Positions 49,517 through 62,619 of a stretch of DNA of 64,000 nt are shown here, one piece after another. The notes beneath the pieces are model-generated. The model made no database searches, was not told the origin of the DNA, and saw only the letters and a list, made by a program, of their open reading frames with translations. The stretch lies in NCBI RefSeq assembly GCF_011386835.1, contig NC_088808.1:16306001-16370000 (forward strand). The letters are read 5' to 3'. Numbering within the stretch: position 1 is the stretch's first letter; each line of letters starts with the position of its first letter. The translations under genes and the position numbers were made by a program. Source of the stretch: Chrysemys picta bellii (Eukaryota).

Positions 49517-52500
49517 CCACTCTACACACAGGGCATGCTAGAGTTATTGAAGCCCTATCAATTCCCCTTAGGGAATTGGCCAGATTAATTCCTGGTACAA
49601 TCTCATTAAAGTCACTGGAGTTAAACCAGGGATCGATTTAGCCCCAAGTGTGGTACCTGAAAACAGAGTTTGTCCAGCTGTATGTAATTTTCATAGTAAA
49701 ATGAAATTAAAATATTTAAAGTGTCCTTATTAAGTCAGTCTAGGCAGCCAATCACCTTAAGAGATTTGCAGGGCTAATTCCATGCTTCAGTATTTAAGGT
49801 CTCCAAAAAGCAACATCCATCTTCTGTTTAAAAAAAAAAAAAAAGTCTTCCTGCTATCTAGAGATTATTTAGTGTTCTGATATTGACACTGCTTCTGTTG
49901 AAAGATTTAAAGATAAAAATGCAGTGTATTCAAGTACTGATCATTTTTCATAGTCAGTTAGTGACAGTACAGCCTGTAGTCAATTGCAACAGATTTATCT
50001 TTTCTGATATTGATCGTGCGTGTGGCTAAGCGGTTTGCAGATACCTTGCTACATCCATCCTGAACTGCAGCAGGAGGTGCAAAAAGGGAGGGGACCAGGA
50101 TGGTGCCAAGCTGTCTTGTTTTTATTCCAAAGTAGTTTAAGTATTTTGATTTAAGTGGCGAGATAAACTGCTATAAGACATTTTGTATGTGCATGGACAT
50201 AAAGCACTTTCTGCCAGAAAAAGGAAAAAACATTGCAGCGTAACTTTCCAGTGTAGACAAGCCTCTACTGTGCCAAGAGGACCTGGGTTCAAATCAGTGA
50301 AAAAACAGTAAAGAGCAAGTGTAGAGAACAAGTTGAAACTTCAGATAGCTTCAGAGCTCTTGTATTAGGTGTGGGGGCTGCCACGCACTTTCTTGAAGAA
50401 TACTTGCCAAAAATTGGAGATTCTATCTAGATATTCCCTTTGTTGGGATCCTCTCTGGATTCCCAACCTATGGAAGACGTCCCCTTTTTCTGGAGCTCCT
50501 GGTCTGGAAATTGCAGACTCCAGAGTTTGCAGAATTCCAGGTCAGCAGATGTACCAGTGTTCTAAACTCCATACACAATTCTTACATTGAATAAAAAGGA
50601 GTTACTTTCACACTGAAGATTTCTGGCTTGCAGAGTGTCAACGCATGCTGAATTCCACTTAGTCCAGCCAGAAGTCACCCTCTTAGTTTACATTAAAGCC
50701 GAGTCTGAGACACAATTTAAACATGGACTAGAATCTGAATTGTTTAAAAGTTCAGTGTCAGATCCCAGTTTTTGTTTTGCACCATCTCTAATTTAAATAG
50801 AACCAGACTTCCATATGTACTGTCCGTCACTGAAGCCAAACTATATCTCTAAGTGCTGCTACAGAGGCTGTGGATTTGATGGCTGGCTAATGCTTGAGGA
50901 AATCCTTGAGAAACCAGGAAACCTTTGGGTGGAGGCTATCATGCATCTCCCCGATGGATCACAGTTCACAAACCATAAACACACTTAATATGGACAGAAG
51001 TCAGAACCAAGTCTCCAGCTTTCCAAGCAACTGCTGTCACTGAACTAAAAGGAGCACCTGTGCTTGCTCCTCTTGCCAGGTACTTTCTGAAACTCAACCC
51101 AACCATCCTTAACACCTCATTATCCTAGGTGTAGGCTTGAAACTTAAAGGTTGCAAGAGGGGTGGGAAGGACAGAAGAGGTTCCCATCACTGAAGGGAGA
51201 CACCATAGTATAGTGCTATTTGCAGCCTTTTTACTTGAGAGTCAGTGATCTATGAGCTACAGCTCTCTGTATTCAGTAAAATACTACTGGTTGGTAAGAA
51301 AAGTAAAGAAAACCCCTTCTTTTATCTTTCATTTCCCAGTTAGTTGATGTTTTTTTCTTGGGACATTTATTAACTATTGCTCGAAACACAAGTGCTGAAT
51401 TAAATAAGAGCTTCACTGAACTGCCTGAGCAGAGGATCTTCTTGGAGCTTCCTCAGGAACTACACCCTCCCTCCTCACCCTCAGTAAGATGTCAAGTAGC
51501 CCACATACTCAACCAATGAAGCACAAGTTAGAAGCATTATATCAACAGAACAATTGGATTGGCTATTTACCTCCTGAGAGGTTAACACTATTTCTACCAG
51601 CTCCAAATTAAACCTTTCATGGGTATCACATAACCACAATATGCACTGCGACTTTGGAGTCGCAAAACAAATTTGTAAATCCCTTGAGTTTAACTAGGAA
51701 CATAATTTTAATGGTTAGGCATGAGCATTAACAAACATCCAAACTTTAGAAATCACATTATAGTCTGTGAAAAACAACGAACCGCAGCCTAGATATGATG
51801 GTGATTGGTGCATTAGAAATACTTAGCTTTAATAAAAACAAACAAACAAACAAACCAAAACACACCACAGTGGCTTTACATTTCTACCTGTCCTGTTTTC
51901 TCATTGGAAAGAGTACAGCCCCACTTTCTTTCTGCCTATTGACTCGTATTATAAAGAAGGGAGCCTGGAAGAGCCAGCAGACTTGATAATAAAACATTAA
52001 AATGCCCAGAGAACTTTAGCAAATCTTCTCCAGAAACTAGGTGGAGGTGAAATTCAGATATTTTATTCTTCAGATAAAGACTGGACCAAGAACAAATAAG
52101 CTACACTAGACTAATGTATGTCATTAGGCTCCACTGCTTGCTCCCTAACACAGATTCTCCAAGGTGTTCCACCCTTCCCCTCCACTCTTATTGAGGTCAC
52201 CCTGTTCCTGGACAGATTTTCTAATCATTCCTATGGTCAACAGTTCTCACCTGTAGAAACTTCCTAATCCTCGCTCAGTTTTTCTGCAGCTAGAGCAGAT
52301 TCCCAGATCCTCTCCTGATCCCACCTCATTTCCACTAGTCATCTCTTCCCTAGACAGGTTTATCGATCTTTTTCCAAACCTGCCTTCTTCTGAAGACAAA
52401 CATTTCCTGAATAGACCCTGCCCCACTGCAACCATCCATCCCCTGCACAGACACCTTGGTTCACAGTTTAGTAATTAGTATGCTGTTTGTTATAAATAGT

Positions 52501-52622
52501 AAATGGGATCATTGGGAGACTGCTCATAAACCCAGTAATAGACTGCAAACGGTTTTGAAGAGCCACTGCATATTACACTCGCTTACCCTCGCTGTTCACA
52601 AATCTGGGAGATGTGATACTAA

Positions 52623-52898
52623 GACCTTGTCTACATTAGAAAGTGTTTGCCAGTATAAACTATACCCTCCTTGTGGAGACATAGCTTATATCAGCAAAAT
52701 AATTCTTTTGCCAGTTTAGCTTATACCAGTTCCCTGAACAAGCTAAGCTGTGTTGGCAAAATGATTTTTTTGATGATATAACTGTTGACATTAGGTCTTT
52801 TGCTGGCATTGCTATGTCAGTCAGGGCTGTGATTTTTCCCCACGCTTTTAACCAACATAGCTATGATGGCAAAACTTTAACATGCACCAGATAAGGCC
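52623..52898. mobile_element. Harbinger-type MITE
   Basis: TAA|GACCTTGTCTACATTAG ... AGATAAGGCC. Confidence 0.55.
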
Positions 52899-54106
52899 TA
52901 CGTCATTTTCCGCTCAGCATTCACCAAAGAGTGAGTACTTCCCCAGCCTTCCTAATATAAAAAGTGGCTTAATTCTGTACCCAGGTATCACCTGCACTGA
53001 TCCATTCCTGATTCTTTCTTTGGAAACCTGCCCTGCACAGATAACCAGATCCAAGTTTAACAAATTAGCAGAATGTTTCCCCTGAAGGAGCCATATCATA
53101 TGTCACCATCTGAGACGAAGTCTCATTTTAGTTTGTATGAAAAGGAAGCCACAATAATTAGTATTTGCAACCACTCATGTTTCAACACTATCTTAACATA
53201 ATGCTTCACTTCGTTGCATTTAACACTGCAACTTTCCAAATTAAATAATGTCAATAACTGACATTACCGATTGTATTTTAATGTACTTTTCTCCTGAAAT
53301 GACAGCAGTTACTTCTGAAAAAGTGGCAAAAAACAGGACTCCTGAAAACATAAGACAACTGAACTGTCCTACAAATGGCACAAAGGACAAATATTCTACA
53401 GCAGGCAAATATAACAGAGGAAAAGGTAAAAACGTTCCTAATTTTCATCCTTTGTTTAAAAAAAATAAAAAAATAAATAAGAAGTATACTGCAGTAACAG
53501 CTCCCAAACACTGCAGTATCACTATTGTGTGCTCTAGAGTTTTGGAGAATTGTAGAATACTACCGTACTTTATTTAAAATAAGGGATTGCACTGTGAAGT
53601 CTGCTATCTGGTGCCCTTTCTGGGATGCTGTACCTGATGCAGGACAGAAGAACCCCCCCCCCCCCCCATGAGGAATATTGATCCAATCCTGTTTGTTGTC
53701 AGTTCAAAAAATAGCCTTTGATATGCAAACAGAAGTCTATTCACAAAACAATAAGCTGTTCAAAAATGTCCCCCTGCGTTGTTACAGATTTGTTTTTATT
53801 GATTTATAATCAGAATATTTTATGAAATGTTTGAGGGAGACTCAAATCTGTCCACCTCCCACTCCCTAAATAATTATAAGGTTTCTTTCACCCACTGGAT
53901 AAAACAACAAAAGCCTTTTCAAACCCATTAGAAATCTACTATTTATAACAGACCATCAAAGAAAACCCTTCTCATTAAACTTTACACTTCATTTCCTTTG
54001 GGAAGTCCCATTCACTTAGTTTAGCTGGACTTGATCAGAAATGGGATGAGTGAAGGCTGCAGCTGTAGTAAAATTCATGCTCACATGTTTTTTTAAACTA
54101 TATTAG

Positions 54107-54600
54107 CAGGGCCAGCTCCAGGCACCAGCCGAGCAAGCTCATGCTTGGGGCGGCAGATTCTACGGGGCGGCATTCCGCCCAATCCTAGGGTGGCACGGCC
54201 GCTTTTTTGATTGTTTGTCGATCTGGCCGCCCTGTAGGGGGCGGCGGCATGGAGTAGGGGAGCGCCCTGCTGGGAGCGGGCTGTGCGCTCCGTCTGCCCC
54301 AGGCAGTGCCAGGTCTGTAGCAAGCCCAGCAGGGCAACCTGCGTACTTCCCTCCCCGCTGACCGGAGGGGTGCGGAGCCCTCCTGGCAGTCAGTGCGGCG
54401 GGCGGGGCCACGTGGCGAGCGCCCCGCTGAAGCCCTGGCCACCCCCCTTCTCTCTCTCCCCCCACTGCTTTTTTTTCCTGCTTTGCCGCTCCGGCCGTGC
54501 CACAGTTTTTTGGGTTTTTTTGCTTTGCCGTTCTGGTCGCCCCAATTATTTGGGGGGGGGGCTTGGGGGCAGGGGGGCAAAAAAGCCAGAGCCGGCCCTG
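54107..54600. mobile_element. young GC-rich hAT MITE (CAGGGCCGGCTC family)
   Basis: TIRs CAGGGCCAGCTC / GAGCCGGCCCTG; perfect TSD TATATTAG; CpGs retained. Explains the overlapping ORFs at 54093-54777. Confidence 0.9.
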
Positions 54601-55829
54601 TATATTAGGCACAGTCAAATCTCTGAACTTGCTGGTTTGCAAGCTAAAGCTATCAAAGTTTTGGCAGGAGAGTAGACAGGGAAAGGAAAAGCTTGGGGAG
54701 TCCTTCAAAGCCTGATGCGTAAGACACAGCTTTTTAATGCGATTGATTCCTTTAAAACAAACAAAAAAACACCACACACAATATCATTTCTCCCCACAAA
54801 AAGAAAGTCTCATCTTACCCCATTGTCTCTACAATGAATTTAAGATGAAAAAGCACTAATGGCTTTCTTATTGCTCTTCCCCCCCCGTGTTTCATTACAG
54901 TCTTGTTTTCCTTACAAGGATATTCTCCCCCACAACCTAGTTATTAGGATAGTGGGCCAAAACCACCTCTTGTATAACAACTTCACTGGACCTGCATCAG
55001 GTTTTAATTTGGCACAATAAGACTGATTTCTTTGCATTTAATAAAAAGTGCCAGCCAAGTCAGCCTACTGATTTTATGGTGATTTGCTTACATTCTAGCT
55101 TGGAAAGCAAATGTAGGAAAGACGTGTGCTGATTCTTCATTCACGCTGCATTTGTATGAATAATTCAGCCAACAGCGCTCTCCATGGACAAGGCATTTAG
55201 GTATCTTCAAGTTCTCTTACCACTAAACCTTAATTGTATCAATCATTTCTGTTGGAGTGCCACAAGGGGAACTGTCAAGCATAGGTTTCCTTTTTATTAG
55301 TTTGTTTTGGCACTCGATGGGAAATGTAGGATTTTTTGGTCTATGATAACACTAAACTTCTCTTATTTTAGTGATGGAATAAGGGGAGCAAGTGCCTTGA
55401 TTACTGCCGCCTAAGTTTGTCTAAGACTGAGCTTCCTTGCTTACCAATAGCAAACTTGTCTCCTTTGGAAAGCACTACTGGATAACATCTATGGAGCGAT
55501 CCACATGGGGTGAGTGGTACCACTGAAGTTTGTCTGTGGAGTAGCCCTAACCTAGGAGCTACAGTGTAAATACTATGGGCCCTGTGCTTCCTTCCGGGAT
55601 GGGAAGTACAGGGGTATAAATAGAGTTTCACCTCTACTTTATGATATTATTCATGGCATTTCGTCACTTTCAAATAGTTCAGTCTCCACACTTTGGATAC
55701 CTAACCTGGTGTTAATAAGAAGCTCTTACAAAGGATGTTGCAGAGTCTGTAACAAGAAGCTTCACTTTCTTAAAAGAAGCAGCATTCCCTGTTTCATTAT
55801 TTCACTGTTTATGGTTGATTAAGTGCACC

Positions 55830-55848
55830 TGTGTGTGTGTGTGTGTGT
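55830..55848. repeat. (GT)n microsatellite
   Basis: Direct reading. Confidence 0.9.
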
Positions 55849-57234
55849 ATGTATATATCAGTGCTTACTAAGCCTAGTTATCAGGTTACGTACAATAAGT
55901 AGTTATCCAACTATGTGCATAATTATACGAGTACGTACACTGGTAAATATTTTGTAAGTTATTGCTATGCAGGTTAAGTAAACAAATAAATATTTGGTAT
56001 AATATTGTTCTATAGGCACATACACAGATAAATGTTTGGTACAGTATTTTTACAGGTAGGTGTGCCCTCAGATAGCATATTTGATACAGTATTGCTATTC
56101 AGATAAAATATTAGCTGTATTGGTACAATATAGTTATAAGTTGTTATGTAGGAATGTTAATTGCATTGGGGGGGGGCAATACAGAATACCAAACCCCAAT
56201 GCCACTCTAACAAGTAGGCTTATATATGCTTTTCTCAGCTGGTAGGGAATGACCTTGTAGGGTTGTGTTACAAAATTCTGGACTGGTCTGAGGGCAAGTT
56301 TTCTGTGAACACAACACTAAGTGCAAAATGCAGCCCTCCATATATCACCTCCCCTTCAAACCTAGCCTCAAAGCACAAGGCATATTTCATGTCTCTGCTA
56401 AGGTGTTAAAATGGACTTTTGGGTAATACGTTAGACTGAGCAGCACAATGTGCGACCACTGCAAAAATGAAAGTCTTAACAGAAAGCACTGAGAATGTCC
56501 TAGCACCCCCAGTAGGGCTGCAACTCATCCTCTGTTAGGCTGTGTTTTGTCTTCTTCCAGAAATGGAGGTGGTGTACGCTTTGACATAATAATATTTATC
56601 ATGGCTTGCAGTGCACAATAGTCTCATACCAGAGCCAACTCTGTTTCAGAAAGGATCCTCATTATAGCAAGAGGTTCCCCTTTACAAGGATTTTCTTTTT
56701 CTATATAACACATTTTGTACATTGAAAATTCCTTGTGCAGATATTACTGCATTTATAATGACAAATGGCCTTCATCAACTGAATATCTTTCTAAGAACAG
56801 TTTATGGAGCTCTGAACTTTGCTCTTAATCAAGATTTTTCACACATACATAGTTGTATTCCATGCATGTGTATTGCTTGGCACCATTTTTTCTGGCACAT
56901 TAACCAAAACCAAACCATGTTAGGCAGGGGTATTTCATGCCAGAGGGGAGGAAGTGGATGGGTAAGCAGGTTGGCAATGTAATATAAATTAAATTTCTAA
57001 TTCATCGGTTTAAATGTGGCCCATGGTGTTCAGGACTCCTAAAGTATTATCATCCGATAGCTGTTCTACGCACACAAATGTACAGTGGTTTTTTAAAGCA
57101 GGCACTGACTTTTAAGCAATATGCTTTCTGAACATTAACACACACTCACTCCCCCAAAGTTCCCTGTGCTGCTGTCTCCTGCTATTGCTTTCTTCTGTAT
57201 AACCTGAAGTGATTTTTCTGAAAATACGTCAGCA

Positions 57235-57450
57235 CTGCCTTTGTGGCAATTTCAGTAGAGTGGCCAAGGACTGACAGAGCTAGAGACTGAGCAACCTTCT
57301 CACCCTGGAAGTGAGTCAGAAATGAGGCATGTTAGTGGATCAGCATTGGGGAAACTGGCACTACTGTGGACTCTGTTTTACCTGCTCTGAGGATTTCAGT
57401 CTGCATGGCTTGTCAGTCCAATGCTTTTCCTGAGCATTGAATTCACTGTT
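57235..57450 (+). mobile_element. LF-SINE fragment
   Basis: GGCCAAGGACTGA...GAGACTGAGC...TGGGGAAACTGGCACT...GAGGATTTCAGTCT...GAGCATTGAATTCACT parallels 44695-45000. Confidence 0.62.
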
Positions 57451-58149
57451 AATGGCATAAAAAGAGAGAAACAAGTATGAGTCATACAAAACAGCCTTAA
57501 TTACAGCCAAGAAAGATTGAGAAATATAAAACCAAAGCCAAAAATGTAATTTAGATTTTAGTCCAGTTATGTTCATAGAAATGAACATTTAAAATGGCAT
57601 TATGTCTCAGGTTTATCTGCTCCATAAACATCTATCTTGTAACTTCTCTGATGTAAACAAGATCTTATGCCTATTAATCCTTCAGAGCTGGTACAGCTCT
57701 GAGAAAGTGTGGTGGATTCTGTTCTGCCTCATATGTATCACCCTCAAAATTGTTAGCCAGATTCTGACTGCAGAATCTTTGTCTTGGTAATGAAGGAAGA
57801 GAGGAAGCCACCTTGACTTCCTGATCCCAGGGTGAAGGTTATGGGGGTGGAAACACAACCCAGCAACTCCTTTTTCCTTGTGACCTGAACAAATGTGGAA
57901 ATTGCAGAGCGAAGCTAAACATTGACACCCTCAATGTCACTTTTACAGTATCACTTTTCAGACTGTAATAGCCGTTGTAAGAGTTAAGAGAAAGGAAAGG
58001 AAAGAAGTGGCAAGGACACTCTCCCATGCCCCTTCAGGCTGTGTTATTCCTTCCACATCATCAGACTGGGCAAACTTTTACACACATCAGCCAGGACATG
58101 CTGTACCATATCAGAGACCCAACTCCTCTGTGTCCCTCCCAAAGTAGGG

Positions 58150-58170
58150 TCTCTCTCTCTCTCTCTCTCT
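58150..58170. repeat. (CT)n microsatellite
   Basis: Direct reading. Confidence 0.9.
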
Positions 58171-58885
58171 CCCTCCCACTTCCGTTTCCATTGACTGACT
58201 GGTAAGATGCTGCCTGACTTCATTGAGAGGCTTTTAAAATCTTACTCTTTGCTATTAGTATTGATTAGCCTCTTAATGGGATTTTTCTCTTTTCCTGGCT
58301 TGTGGCATCAAGTCATGTATTCCTCTTCAGGGTTCTTTATTTGGATTCACAAAAGTGAATACAGCTGTGGCCCAGCCCTGCTAAGAGGTGCTAATCTATT
58401 GTACAAGGGAAAAAACACAGCATTGCATTTCAGTGTTTGGAAGACCATGCCTAATGAGGAAGTATTAAGTGAACTGGTCATTTTATTTGTTTGCATGAAA
58501 TATTCAGGTAAAAAAAAAAAAAGTAAATTGCTAGGCTTCTGCAGATGAGGATTTCATAACCCAGTGAGCTAATGCATGAACCTCCTCTCTCCAGAGGCCC
58601 GAGTTCTAAATTAGTTTAGGACACCAAGTGTAGTAATTAATATCTTGCATTTATTTATATAGCAGTTTACAAGCTAATACACTCTCCCCAAGAATTAATC
58701 CAACTCTAAATGAAAGCACATTTGTTGTGGAACACAGCAGCAGTTTAATAGTGCATTGCACCAATGAACAGCTTAAGATAGGAAGGGAAGACAATGCTAT
58801 AGTCAAAAATGAAAAATGTAGGCAGCAGAGTCTTATGGAGAGATTACACAATTAAGCAGGTTATAATTTGGCCAAAATACTCTAG

Positions 58886-59731
58886 TGTTACAAAATTGCA
58901 ATGGAATTGCCACAATGTGGCCCCACCTGGGACACCTTCCTGCTACAGGCTGCAGCACAGCAAGCGCATCTGCCTCAGTTTCCCTCCTTCAAAGTCCCCA
59001 GTAACTCCCTGCCAGACTGTCTTACCTCAGTACATACCCCTCCTTGGGGCCAATTTATTACAAAAACATAGTACACATAGTCCATAACAAAAGTTCAAAA
59101 ATGTAGTCCATTGATCGCCCCCGATCATATCATCCTTAAAATCCCAAGATATCTAGTCCCTTGACACCCCACACTCCAGTACCTTCCATCATACTGCGCT
59201 CTTCATTGATCCTTTTCCTGCCATTTTACCAGGGCAGCCACCCCAACCCTTCCAGCTAGAGTGCAACCCCACTCTTTCCAGCGGGAACCCTACAGTCTCT
59301 GTGCTGGGAGTTCATCCTTACCAGAGAAGCATCCCCAAGGCCCCTTTGTCCATTAACGTCTCATGTCCCAGATGGCCCAACAGCTAGGCCTTTCTACTGT
59401 TCCCCAGGCTCCAGCAGAGATGTTAGAGAGTAAGCCCCTCCACTGCTGCTCTACCTTCAGCCCTCTCCAGCCCTCTGCTGCCACTCCCCAGCTCAGAAAA
59501 CCAGCAGGCAGCTCCCTCTTACTGTTCTCCTGCCTTCTGCCAGGAACCACCTACAGGTTCCGTCATGGACCTCCTAGAGCCTCCTGCCTTTAGCAGCTCT
59601 CACCTGCCAATCTCCTGCCTCACCAAGTTTCTCTCTCCTTTAAGGCCCTGGGGTTCCTCTTAAGACCAGTTATGGGTCAGATAACCAGTCACAGGTGCAC
59701 TAGCCTATTCCCTTTTAAAGGGCCAGTAACA
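58886..59731 (-). mobile_element. probable solo LTR
   Basis: TGTTAC...GTAACA bounds, minus-strand AATAAA near 59055, C-rich body; TSD not identified. Confidence 0.5.
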
Positions 59732-59774
59732 CACTGTAACCGGAATCTAACTGTTACAGGTAGTCAGCACCTAA

Positions 59775-60012
59775 GTTTTTCATCTCACCTGAAAGTCAGC
59801 ACCTCTAGACGCACAGTACTCCCTGACACAATACTACAGCATTAGTTCAATACTAATTCAGAAGAAATTGTGCTGTTCTGAATCACCAGCACAACTTCCT
59901 GCAGTACTTGAGCTTTTCGCGGAGGTCCCATCCATGCACTGACCCAGCATCCGAACCTTGTTTTGCTTGTGAGGGCTGCAGGCTCACAGCCCAAGGTGGT
60001 ATGGCTGCAGGC
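59775..60012 (-). mobile_element. AmnSINE1-like 5S rRNA-derived Deu-SINE
   Basis: 59915-60012 resembles reverse-complemented 5S rRNA (GGAGGTCCCATCCA...GGTGGTATGGCTGCAGGC); the body includes GAGGTGCTGACTTTCAGGTGAGATG on minus, like the Deu domain. Confidence 0.7.
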
Positions 60013-62359
60013 TGTTAATTTTATGGGCCTCAGTCTTGTCCTTAGTGGAATTTATCCATTACATGATTTACCTCTTTTATCAGAGACTTTATGTTGGAGG
60101 GAGAAGTTATCTGAGACAGGTGATAGTAAAAAAGAAAAAAACAAAAACAAAAACAAAAAAACACCAAGAGAACTATCAGAAAATGCTAGTTGCTATTTCC
60201 TTGCCCCCATCCAAAGTGCCTAGTCTTCAGAATTGTTTGGTTACAGTCTATTGCCATGGCATAGAAATTTGATTTAACTTTTAACCCTCTTTGTTGGCTC
60301 TGTTGCCTGGGGTTTGACATTCAGTCACTCACATCAGCTCACCGATACCCCCTGTGATGTTTGTTTAACAGCATCTATTATTGTACAATATGAGGCTCAA
60401 AGGCAGTGTATACTTTAGACCTTGTATTGCAGTGAGGATGTCTACATAGTGCACCTCTTGTGACAGGTGAGCTAATAGCTGGAAAATGTTGTTCATGATA
60501 CGCTGAGTTGCAACTCATGAGGAACTGATTGTACTAGCTAAGAAGGCATTTATGTGGTAGTTGAGACCCCAAAATTTCTTTCTGGAGGAGTGTCTCTAAT
60601 TAAGTTGACCTAGGTGCTCAGTCAGTCTGGGATGGTATCTGTAAATCTGGAATCTTAGAACGCAACTTGGAAAGTTGTCCATGATGAGTTTACAATTTTT
60701 AAACTTAAAGAAAATATAGGTTTGCAATAGAAAGTTTCTCAACTGGGAATACAAGATATAAAACAAAGAGAGGGAGAAAATATTCTGGAGAACATTGCAG
60801 CATAGCCTGAACATGAATATCCAGTACAAAAGGTTTTCTCTGAGAAAAGCAGTTTCGGGTAATTTTACTGCAAAGGCATTTTCCTCTGAAAATGAAATCT
60901 AGACAGGATGTTACTGATAGTCCACATCATATTTTCAATAAATGATGAACCTTCATGTCCCATGAAATATGAAAGTAGAAAGCTGCACTCTATTATATTC
61001 AGGCAAGGTTCCCCCCTCCCTTTTGTTTAAATGTATTCATTATCAAAGGTATAGTGCCCTTGAGAAGCTGAGGCAGTTGTTTGTATTGCTGTGCAAGGAA
61101 TTTAAGATACTTAACTAAAGTTTTCACAAATGATGATGCAGAGATGTGTAGTGCTGTCTTTCAAGAAGCCCCCAATCCATCTATTCAGTGCTGACACTCA
61201 GGCTGTAAAGAGACATCTTTGTGCAATTACTTACATATTGCATACATGATGAGGTAGCTCTCCATTTCTAATACAATAGTTGGAGGAGTTAGAAATTAAA
61301 GCAGAAGGGCTCAAGACCTCTTATTACAGACTTTGAATCTCATGGCTCCATGTATGGAAATACTATTGATAATAATAAAAGTTCTGCATTTGAAGTGAAG
61401 GCAGAGAGTATTAGAGAGAAAGCAATCCTGTTGATGAGAAGGGAGAATTTGGCTTTATAAAGTTTCCATCATACTGCCTCTCAGGTCATTAATGTGCTAC
61501 AGATTTTTTTTTAGGGTTAGTTGTTTGGGATATGAATTATTCTCCATGGCTCCTTTATGCTTCACTCTGCCATTCACGAGTAGCACTTATGAAAATAAAC
61601 ACAATGAAATGTATAATATAGATCACCTCCAAAAAGGAACCACATGGTCTCAAGACACTAGTTTAAAGAATTACCAGGGTTACCAGAATATTTGGTTAAC
61701 CTTCAGTTAAATACCCACTTCTATTACTGGTTTCACTTTACTATTCCACATTTCACCATTTTATAGGTGTGTCAGAGTGAGAGAGAGTGTGTAAAGGTAA
61801 ATATTATGTATAGTACTTATTTTTAATATGAGAAAATAACATTTGCTTATATGAAAACACAATTGCTGCACTATATATAAATTAATTCTCATAAAAACAC
61901 TAGTTACTATAAATTATCAATAAATTTAATTTTCCTTTTCCAGTTGTTACATGTTCCAAATGATGAGATGCTGTTAACATATGACTATGTATTGTCACAG
62001 CCATAGTATGGTCCAAAGTAAATAAGAGATTGTGATAGCATTATCCATGATGATCTCTCAGAGGAAGTCTCATGCAATCATATGAAATTGTGTGTCAAGA
62101 CCATAACTTATCTAGTTGTCACTTGGTAATTCCAGCTTGCCAACAACTGATAGAAATGACCATGCCATTTGAAATTCACCAGTTACCTTTCCCTCACATC
62201 AGTGAAATATGTCAATCAATAGCATGAGCATATTCTGATTTAAACAACTTATTGCCAGGCTTTGCTACATTTTTTCCTAGGCTTTTATATGAACCGAAGG
62301 AGCTAGCTGGCTCCTTTCTTGTCCAATCAATCACTATAGTACAATTTATGCCTATTGAA

Positions 62360-62582
62360 AAAAAACAACAACAAGGAGTCCTGTGGCACCTTATAGACTA
62401 GCAGATGTATTGGAGCATAAGCTTTCGTGGGTGAATACCCACTTCGTCAGACGCATGAAGTGGGTATTCACCCACGAAAGCTTATGCTCCAATACATCTG
62501 TTAGTCTGTAAGGTGCCACAGGACTTTTTGTTGCTTTTTACAGATCCAGACTAACATGGCTACCCCTCTGATACTTGACTCC
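62360..62582 (+). mobile_element. Penelope-like fold-back insertion (copy D)
   Basis: 69-bp inverted arms 62377-62445 / 62457-62525 (2 mismatches); 12-bp TSD ATGCCT[A/G]TTGAA at 62348-62359 and 62583-62594; long arm ends GGCTACCCCTCTGATAC, the reverse of copy A's end. Confidence 0.8.
62415..62454 (-). ncRNA. minimal type I hammerhead ribozyme motif
   Basis: Minus strand: GCGU-CUGACGA-A-GUGGGU AUUC ACCCAC-GAAA-GCUU-AUGC; perfect 6-bp stem II, stem I with one G-U wobble. Confidence 0.75.
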
Positions 62583-62619
62583 ATGCCTGTTGAAGCTAAA
62601 AGGATGGTTAATTTGTCTA

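Noticed and set aside
54093-54777. Cluster of long overlapping ORFs up to 205 aa
   Set aside because: They fall in a GC-rich hAT MITE with TIRs and TSD; low-complexity translations with no domain.
59915-60012. 5S rRNA gene
   Set aside because: Heavily diverged and continuous with a SINE body; treated as an AmnSINE1-like head.
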